DNA of 39,413 nucleotides from a virus (Duplodnaviria; Heunggongvirae; Uroviricota; Caudoviricetes): IMG/VR virus record IMGVR_UViG_2703718855_000002; one strand, 5' to 3'. Shown piece by piece: positions 33,691 to 39,413 of this stretch (position 1 is its first letter; each line of letters starts with the position of its first letter). The notes under the pieces were generated by a model. It saw only the letters and a program-made list of their open reading frames with translations, ran no database searches and was not told where the DNA came from. The position numbers and the translations under genes were made by a program.

Positions 33691-35982
33691 ATGACGGTCT
33701 CAACCGAAGTTGACCACAACGAATACACAGGCAATGGCGTTACGACATCGTTTCCGTATACCTTCCGCATTTTCAAAAAATCCGACCTGGTTGTTCAGGT
33801 GGTTGACCTTGATGAAAATATCGCTGTGCTGGATCTTGATACTGATTACACTGTCACTGGGGCTGGTGGATACAACGGTGGCAATGTAATTTTGTCGAAG
33901 GCATTGGCCAGCGGTCATCAGATTTCTATATCTCGAGAGCTACCAGTTACGCAGGAAACCGATCTGCGCAATCAAGGTAAGTTCTTTGCTGAAGTGCATG
34001 AGGATGCTTTTGATAAGCTCACTATGCTTATACAGCGGGCATATAGCGTTTTTCGCTTAGCTCTGCGTAAACCATCAAGCATTGCGAACTGGTACGACGC
34101 GCTGAACAACTGCATCCGCAATTTGCGCGATCCCTGCAACCCGCAGGATGCCGCCACCAAAAATTATGTCGATACGCTCGCAAACAGCAACTTAATCCGC
34201 ACGCTGCGAGTTCCAGAAGTTATTATATCCTTGCCTGATGCTGAAACCAGAGCTAATAAGATGGTTGCATTTGATAGTATCGGCAATCCTTTAGTGGTTT
34301 TGCCTCCTTCAGGTTCTGCTTCTGATGTTCTTATTCAGTTGGCTGCCTCAGATGGAGCAAAATTATCGTTAAGTCAAGTAGCCACCGCATATGGCCTTGA
34401 TTTCTCGTTAGGCGGTGTATGGCGGGAGGGGGCGTTATCTAATGTTGATAACTGGTGGTGGTATAATAATAAAATCTACACTGGTGGTAGTGGCACTCTT
34501 CCGTCATCTCCTGCTTTGCCATGGTACGAAGTGACGGTAGCAGATTATATTTCTGTTGCTCAATTTTTCCCCATTACTGGTGATCCAGCGGCAGATAACT
34601 CAGCTAGCTTTAATGCTGCTGCAGCAGTTGCTTTATCGGCAGGAAAGAGGCTGTTTGTCCCTGCAGGAACTTACTATGTTAAGTCACCAGTTGATTTAAC
34701 AATAGGCACTGTTGACCTATTCGGGGATGGCGTTGAGAAGTCATTCATTATTGCGGGGAGTGGGTTCACTGGAGAGGCAGTTGTCAACATGTACTACGAA
34801 ACTGACTCTATAAGACGTAGCACATCTATCTATCACGTTACAGTTGATGGGAACAACATCGCCAACTATCCTTGCCGAATTCAATATGTTCACCTAGGAA
34901 GAACCCATAATTGTCGTTTCATCAATGGCGCGGTGGCGAACTTATATACTATAAACGACTGGCTTAATACCTATGATTGCTGTTCTTTTGTTCCTGCGCC
35001 AAATCGCGGAGTTCACCTTGCTGGGGCTAACAACCGCGTAACGTTCAATAACTGTGGATTTGCATCAAATAAGGTCGGTGAATATGCCTTTTATGCTTCT
35101 GGTACTTCCCCTATTGAAGGTTTAAGCTTAATTGGATGTGACCTTGAGTTCGGCATTGGGCATGGCATGTACTTAAATACCCGAGTGACCAATATTGTTG
35201 GCGGGTACTATGGCGAAGCGATACAAGGCGATATTTTTACGGTTCCAGATGGAGTAGTAAAAATAAGCGGTGTAAATGCTTTTGTAGGATATTACAATGA
35301 GGGAGGAAGGTTTGTTGTTCTTGACAATGATGCTGTAGTTAAGGTTGATAGTTGCTGGATTGCAGATCAGGGCAACTTTAAACTTTCATTACTTGCATCA
35401 AGCGCTGACAACAGGGCTCATGCTGTATTTACTAATTGTTATATTGGTGCAACTGTGTCTGGCCCACAAGTTATGGAAGGAGATTGTTTAGGCAAGATCA
35501 ATATGAGGACGTTTGCAGAAAGCAGGGCAATCCTTTATACAATGAACAATACTGGTAATACAGTAACCAGAAGCAGATACAACTCAATAGGAGCAAAAAT
35601 AACCATTAATACCGTAACGAGCCCTAGTTCTAACAAGCTATCACTTAATACTAAGATAAAAGACAGAGGGTGGAAGGTTAACGACCGGGTGTACTTAATT
35701 GTTACTTATGAGAGTAATGTTGATATAAATATTTATTTAAGCAGTTCGATATATGCTGCATCGGATGCAACGCTATTTGGAACTTTACCATCAACAAATG
35801 GTTCTTTATCTACGTGTTATATTGCTAATAATATTATTCCGGAAAATACATCTGAGATATTCGAGTTTTATGTAAATGGCGCTGGTGTTGGCGATTACTT
35901 TGCTATTCAGGATGTTACTCTTACAGACAGGTCATTCACTTTCAGTGGAACAACTATGACCACTTTTGCTAAGGCTGAATAA
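33691..35982 (+). CDS. Tailspike / tail fibre (T7 gp17-like N-terminal anchor, C-terminal parallel beta-helix-like domain)
   Basis: 763 aa; N-terminal YTGNGVTTSFPYTF...TDYTV pattern; C-terminal half visibly AT-richer (by eye). Confidence 0.75.
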   Translation: MTVSTEVDHNEYTGNGVTTSFPYTFRIFKKSDLVVQVVDLDENIAVLDLDTDYTVTGAGGYNGGNVILSKALASGHQISISRELPVTQETDLRNQGKFFAEVHEDAFDKLTMLIQRAYSVFRLALRKPSSIANWYDALNNCIRNLRDPCNPQDAATKNYVDTLANSNLIRTLRVPEVIISLPDAETRANKMVAFDSIGNPLVVLPPSGSASDVLIQLAASDGAKLSLSQVATAYGLDFSLGGVWREGALSNVDNWWWYNNKIYTGGSGTLPSSPALPWYEVTVADYISVAQFFPITGDPAADNSASFNAAAAVALSAGKRLFVPAGTYYVKSPVDLTIGTVDLFGDGVEKSFIIAGSGFTGEAVVNMYYETDSIRRSTSIYHVTVDGNNIANYPCRIQYVHLGRTHNCRFINGAVANLYTINDWLNTYDCCSFVPAPNRGVHLAGANNRVTFNNCGFASNKVGEYAFYASGTSPIEGLSLIGCDLEFGIGHGMYLNTRVTNIVGGYYGEAIQGDIFTVPDGVVKISGVNAFVGYYNEGGRFVVLDNDAVVKVDSCWIADQGNFKLSLLASSADNRAHAVFTNCYIGATVSGPQVMEGDCLGKINMRTFAESRAILYTMNNTGNTVTRSRYNSIGAKITINTVTSPSSNKLSLNTKIKDRGWKVNDRVYLIVTYESNVDINIYLSSSIYAASDATLFGTLPSTNGSLSTCYIANNIIPENTSEIFEFYVNGAGVGDYFAIQDVTLTDRSFTFSGTTMTTFAKAE

Positions 35983-35987
35983 TTAAC

Positions 35988-36013
35988 AGAAAAGGTGGAT
36001 CACTCCACCTTTT
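35988..36013. terminator. Bidirectional rho-independent terminator after tailspike
   Basis: AAAA-GGTGGA-TCAC-TCCACC-TTTT. Confidence 0.65.
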
Positions 36014-36158
36014 CATCAAGCCAGTCCGCCCACCACTGCATCATTTCTCTGCGCTTATCGAGATACTGAGCATGGTTGTAAATCCCGCGCATAGATCCTC
36101 CGTTAGCATGTGTCAGTTGCACCGCATTGACATCCTCCACGCCCTGAAGTACTGGGTT
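36000..36158 (-). pseudogene. Integrase 3' remnant (C-terminal 52 codons of a P4-type integrase)
   Basis: Minus-strand translation ...HANGGSMRGIYNHAQYLDKRREMMQWWADWLDEKVE aligns with C-terminus of the intact integrase at 1..1257; in-frame TAA directly upstream. Confidence 0.55.
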
Positions 36159-36216
36159 TTACGGCGCACTGGATAAATTTACGATCTCATCCGTAAAATA
36201 CAAAAAAACCACTTTA

Positions 36217-36231
36217 TTACCTTTATGGTGA
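36217..36231. promoter_or_regulatory. Operator-like palindrome, imperfect (TTACCTTTATGGTGA) upstream of lysis cassette
   Basis: One mismatch in right arm. Confidence 0.3.
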
Positions 36232-36252
36232 TTTATGTAAGGTGTTTTATTT

Positions 36253-36279
36253 AACCACATATGGTTTATTATGTATGAT
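36253..36279 (+). promoter_or_regulatory. Candidate late promoter for lysis cassette: AACCACATATGGTT - 7 nt - TATGAT
   Basis: Motif in inverted orientation relative to the other two copies, same 7-nt spacing to a -10-like hexamer. Confidence 0.45.
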
Positions 36280-36327
36280 GAACTCACCAACTAAGGGGGA
36301 CTTTATGCATATTAAACGGTGGTCACT

Positions 36328-36732
36328 ATGTCAACCACGCTGACAACGGACTCACTTAATCAGGGGCTTAGCCTTGGCGCGCTGGCTTCAGTTGTTGTCG
36401 GTGTCCCTCCCGAGGTGGCGTTAGGTGCGCTGGCCGGTGCGGTAATTTTTGTTACCTCGGCTGTAGAGTATCCGATCAAGCGTCGGTTATTACTTGCGTT
36501 TCTCAGCTACCTATGCGGAGTTCTCTTCTATAAAGCAACAGCAACACTGCTTATCGGAATAGCGAGCTGGATACCGAAAATCACACCTGACTCATTCGAG
36601 AATGGGGTTGCGTTCTCTGCCGGGGCATTCGTGTCAGCTATCGTCGCTGTCCGCATTGGCATATGGCTGTATCACCGTTCTGAAAATCCGCGCGACTTGA
36701 TCCCGGGGAGAAAAGACGATGGTAACGCATGA
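36328..36732 (+). CDS. Holin (three predicted TM segments)
   Basis: Hydrophobic stretches LSLGALASVVVGV..., LLLAFLSYLCGVLF..., VAFSAGAFVSAIVAV; first gene of lysis cassette; alternative GTG start 36319. Confidence 0.6.
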   Translation: MSTTLTTDSLNQGLSLGALASVVVGVPPEVALGALAGAVIFVTSAVEYPIKRRLLLAFLSYLCGVLFYKATATLLIGIASWIPKITPDSFENGVAFSAGAFVSAIVAVRIGIWLYHRSENPRDLIPGRKDDGNA

Positions 36733-37027
36733 GCTTTTTTTACTTATCACCAATGCAGTTATTTGTACTGGCATAGCAATTCGCGTTGTTACATTCCAGC
36801 GTAACGGATCTCAACACCGAAGATGGGGTGGGTGGATTGCTTATTTCCTGATTGTTGCTGCTGCCAGTATTCCAGTTCGTGTCGCTTATGCAATCTGGTT
36901 ACATACGCCAATGGCTGTGGATTTATCTGAGGTCATTATCAACGCTGTCATGCTTGCTGCGGTTATTAAAACTCGCGGTAACGTCGTTCAGATTTTCAAA
37001 ATAACGAGGTCTAAACATGGAGATTAA
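36719..37027 (+). CDS. Small membrane protein (second holin/antiholin-like component)
   Basis: 102 aa with 2-3 hydrophobic helices; overlaps holin stop and endolysin start. Confidence 0.45.
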   Translation: MVTHELFLLITNAVICTGIAIRVVTFQRNGSQHRRWGGWIAYFLIVAAASIPVRVAYAIWLHTPMAVDLSEVIINAVMLAAVIKTRGNVVQIFKITRSKHGD

Positions 37028-37646
37028 ACAATTCCAGCGAGCTGCTGGTATCAGCGAGGCGCTGGCCGCACGCTGGTTCTTGCATATAACTTCTGCGATG
37101 AAAGAGTTTGGTATCAGTAAACCCGAAGATCAGGCAATGTTTATTGCTCAGGTCGGGCATGAGTCTGGTGGCCTCACCCGGTTACAGGAAAATTTCAATT
37201 ACAGCGTCACCGGACTGGCTAACTTTGTTCGGGCTGGGCGTCTCACCCAGGGACAGGCTAATGCACTGGGGCGCCGTGCTGGTGAACCACCATTGCCACT
37301 TGAGCGCCAGCGCGCGATCGCAAATCTGGTATACAGCAAACGCATGGGTAACAATGCTCCCGGCGATGGCTGGAATTACCGTGGGCGCGGGCTTATCCAG
37401 ATTACCGGCTTGAATAACTATCGTGACTGCGGAAACGGTCTGAAAGTTGACCTGCTGGAGAATCCTGAACTGCTGGCACAGGACGAATACGCGGCTCGTA
37501 GCGCGGCCTGGTTCTTCTCCAGTAAAGGCTGCATGAAGTATACCGGAGATATTGTACGTGTAACTCTGATTATCAATGGTGGCAGGAACGGCATCGACGA
37601 CCGGCGCGCGCGGTACATTACTGCCAGTAAGGTGCTGGTGGTATGA
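37017..37646 (+). CDS. Endolysin, glycoside hydrolase family 19 (chitinase-like lysozyme)
   Basis: [11 protein letters not shown] ... [16 protein letters not shown] motifs characteristic of GH19 endolysins; SD AACGAGGT. Confidence 0.8.
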   Translation: MEIKQFQRAAGISEALAARWFLHITSAMKEFGISKPEDQAMFIAQVGHESGGLTRLQENFNYSVTGLANFVRAGRLTQGQANALGRRAGEPPLPLERQRAIANLVYSKRMGNNAPGDGWNYRGRGLIQITGLNNYRDCGNGLKVDLLENPELLAQDEYAARSAAWFFSSKGCMKYTGDIVRVTLIINGGRNGIDDRRARYITASKVLVV

Positions 37647-38125
37647 TCTGGGCATTCGTCAAAGCGTACTGGAAACAGTTACTTATCGTGGCGATGCTTG
37701 CTGCTCTGGTAATCGGCGGCAGGGTTGCCTGGAATGTACACGGCAGCCACCAGTACGATGCCGGGTATGCGCAGGCAAAGGCAGATCAGAAACAGGCTGA
37801 TGATAAAGCTCGTCAGCATGACGAACAGGAAAAAGCGACCAATGAACGTGAAGCGCAGCAGAGGATCGACCAGGCGCGCAATGATGCTCTTGATGCTGCC
37901 GCTCGCGCTGGCCGGTTGCAGCAACAGCTCGTTGCCATCCGTGAGCAGCTCAGGCAGTATAACGCCACTATCGGCACTGGGGCGTCAGCCGCAGACACCG
38001 GAGTTTTGCTTGCCGACGTGCTCAGCAAATCTCTCGAGCGAAACCGACAACTGGCAGAGTACGCTGACCGGGCCGCCGAAGCCGGACGAGTCTGTGAAAA
38101 GCAGTACGATTCGCTGACACGGTGA
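37643..38125 (+). CDS. Rz-like i-spanin
   Basis: N-terminal TM ([14 protein letters not shown]) and Q/A/R-rich coiled coil; ATGA overlap with endolysin. Confidence 0.65.
   Translation: MIWAFVKAYWKQLLIVAMLAALVIGGRVAWNVHGSHQYDAGYAQAKADQKQADDKARQHDEQEKATNEREAQQRIDQARNDALDAAARAGRLQQQLVAIREQLRQYNATIGTGASAADTGVLLADVLSKSLERNRQLAEYADRAAEAGRVCEKQYDSLTR
37881..38117 (+). CDS. Rz1-like o-spanin embedded in +1 frame of Rz
   Basis: [13 protein letters not shown] lipoprotein signal with lipobox LAGC; Pro-rich mature region. Confidence 0.55.
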   Translation: MMLLMLPLALAGCSNSSLPSVSSSGSITPLSALGRQPQTPEFCLPTCSANLSSETDNWQSTLTGPPKPDESVKSSTIR

Positions 38126-38276
38126 CATGGCATTTTTCATGGCACTGATTTCCGGTGACGGTATATAAAACGGTACGGTGAAAATCAGATTGCATAAAAT
38201 TGTTACCAGTCAATTGGTTATGTGTGTCGTAAATAATTGAGTGGGAATGATTTGACCCTGCACTATGAATGAACAA

Positions 38277-38304
38277 AACCCTCTGTTACTACAGAGGGTT
38301 TTTT
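38277..38304. terminator. Bidirectional rho-independent terminator at right end of phage
   Basis: CCCTCTGT-TACT-ACAGAGGG followed by TTTTTT. Confidence 0.6.
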
Positions 38305-38342
38305 ATCTTCAAGAATTATAGGATTGAAGTTACTAACATCGA

Positions 38343-38882
38343 TTAATTAAACCAGCTGTCCGATTTGTTCTCTTCTGCTTTGCCCACGCTTTTCATCAGA
38401 TCGCGACCGCCTTCAGTCATATTTCTGTTGGCGTCAGCTTCAGATTGCACCACATCGGTTTGCGCAGCTTTGTGCTTCAGTTCCTGATCGATAAATTCGT
38501 TTTCTCGCTTAACGCGGGCTTCTTCTTTCGCCAGCGCCAGTTTTTGTTTCTGAATCTCTAAGCTGCGTAGCTCATCTTCATAACTTTGATCGCGTTTTTT
38601 GTCCGCAGAGGCTTCGGCGTCCAGTTTATCCTGACGAGCTTTCTTATTTGCCGCTGCCGTTGCCGCTCTTTTGTTAGCGGCGGCCTGGGCATTTGCGCGA
38701 CGTTGCTTCTCTTGCTGGATTTCCCTGTTGCGCTCCGCGACCCATTCGTCATGCTGCCTTTGCTCTTCATTTTTACCTTGCTGTTCCGCTTCTGCGACAG
38801 CAGAGAGTTGATCCTGCAATGATGAGGCGATAGCCGGATAGCTTAAGGAGGCTAAGATGGCGCAAAGAAAAACTTTCTTCAT
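38343..38882 (-). CDS. Secreted coiled-coil protein (signal peptide; Lys/Glu/Ala/Gln-rich)
   Basis: MKKVFLCAILASLSYPAIASS signal peptide; probable host or cargo gene outside the lysis cassette. Confidence 0.45.
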   Translation of the reverse strand: MKKVFLCAILASLSYPAIASSLQDQLSAVAEAEQQGKNEEQRQHDEWVAERNREIQQEKQRRANAQAAANKRAATAAANKKARQDKLDAEASADKKRDQSYEDELRSLEIQKQKLALAKEEARVKRENEFIDQELKHKAAQTDVVQSEADANRNMTEGGRDLMKSVGKAEENKSDSWFN

Positions 38883-38897
38883 GACTCCTCCTGATTA

Positions 38898-39413
38898 TTA
38901 GCTCTTTTCAGGACATTTGGTATTTGGCTGAATACGCGTTTCGTTATACGTCGTGGTAATAACAACGGCTAAACCTGTCGTAAACTGGCACTCTTTACCC
39001 ACCTGGGTAGAGGTATACACTTTGGTGCCTTCCTTATAGGTTAAAGAAACACCTTCCACTAAGGTTTTATCATTCACCATAGAACCCGCTGCCGCGCCTA
39101 CAGCTCCGCCGCCAACTGCACCTGCCGTCGTTCCGGAATTGCTGCCAGACCCGACGTTGTGGCCGATAACACCGCCAGCGACTGCGCCAATAAGCGCGCC
39201 GAAGGCTTGTGCGTTCCGTTTATTTTGGGAGTTGTCTACGGCAACTTTTGCGGGAAGAATGGAAATAATATTAACGGTTTTAGTTTCTTGTTTGGTATTC
39301 AGTTGATCGGTTTGATAAACATCGGCAGCATGATCGTCAGCATTTGACTGGCATCCTGCCAGAGTGAATGACGCTAACATTGCCACAGGCAGAAGACATT
39401 TTTTAAATTTCAT
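38898..39413 (-). CDS. Glycine-zipper outer-membrane lipoprotein (YcfJ/SlyB-like)
   Basis: LAGC lipobox after signal peptide; GALIGAVAGGVIGHNVGSGS glycine-zipper segment; start codon is the last 3 nt of the window. Confidence 0.55.
   Translation of the reverse strand: MKFKKCLLPVAMLASFTLAGCQSNADDHAADVYQTDQLNTKQETKTVNIISILPAKVAVDNSQNKRNAQAFGALIGAVAGGVIGHNVGSGSNSGTTAGAVGGGAVGAAAGSMVNDKTLVEGVSLTYKEGTKVYTSTQVGKECQFTTGLAVVITTTYNETRIQPNTKCPEKS

Noticed and set aside
1-39413. CRISPR array, insertion sequence/transposase, or a diversity-generating retroelement
   Set aside because: No regularly spaced direct repeats of 25-40 bp, no transposase-like ORF with terminal inverted repeats, and no reverse-transcriptase-sized ORF were seen.

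Overview
The window is almost entirely one integrated temperate phage (about 38 kb, position 1 to roughly 38.1 kb), followed by two probable host or cargo genes. Left to right: a P4-type tyrosine integrase (+), then a leftward early operon (small ORF, hypothetical, PD-(D/E)xK exonuclease, RecT-like annealing protein, AlpA-like regulator, small hypothetical, MT-A70 adenine methyltransferase, lambda-type Ser/Thr phosphatase). Next is an immunity region with a repressor that has no LexA-like cleavage domain, divergent from a Cro-like gene, then lambda O/P-like replication genes with an iteron array inside the O-like gene, and a set of small early genes. The late region starts with terminase small and large subunits, a reverse-oriented island carrying a hypothetical gene and tRNA-Arg(UCU), then a T7-like structural module (portal, scaffold, capsid, tail tube A/B, internal virion proteins). 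A moron island follows (small peptides, a 210-aa unknown protein, a Bro-N antirepressor and a LexA-controlled small antirepressor-like paralog), then a tailspike, an integrase 3' remnant and a lysis cassette (holin, GH19 endolysin, Rz/Rz1). The most striking signals are three families of short palindromes absent from coding sequence: an ATTACC-N5-GGTAAT site present at least 14 times at nearly every promoter region, a 14-bp near-palindrome at fixed spacing from the -10 of three late promoters, and GTGACATGTCAC three times next to intrinsic terminators. All annotation is by eye from the sequence and the six-frame track; no searches were run. Coordinates between about 38.36 and 39.41 kb may be off by 1 nt in my reading, so only track coordinates are used there.
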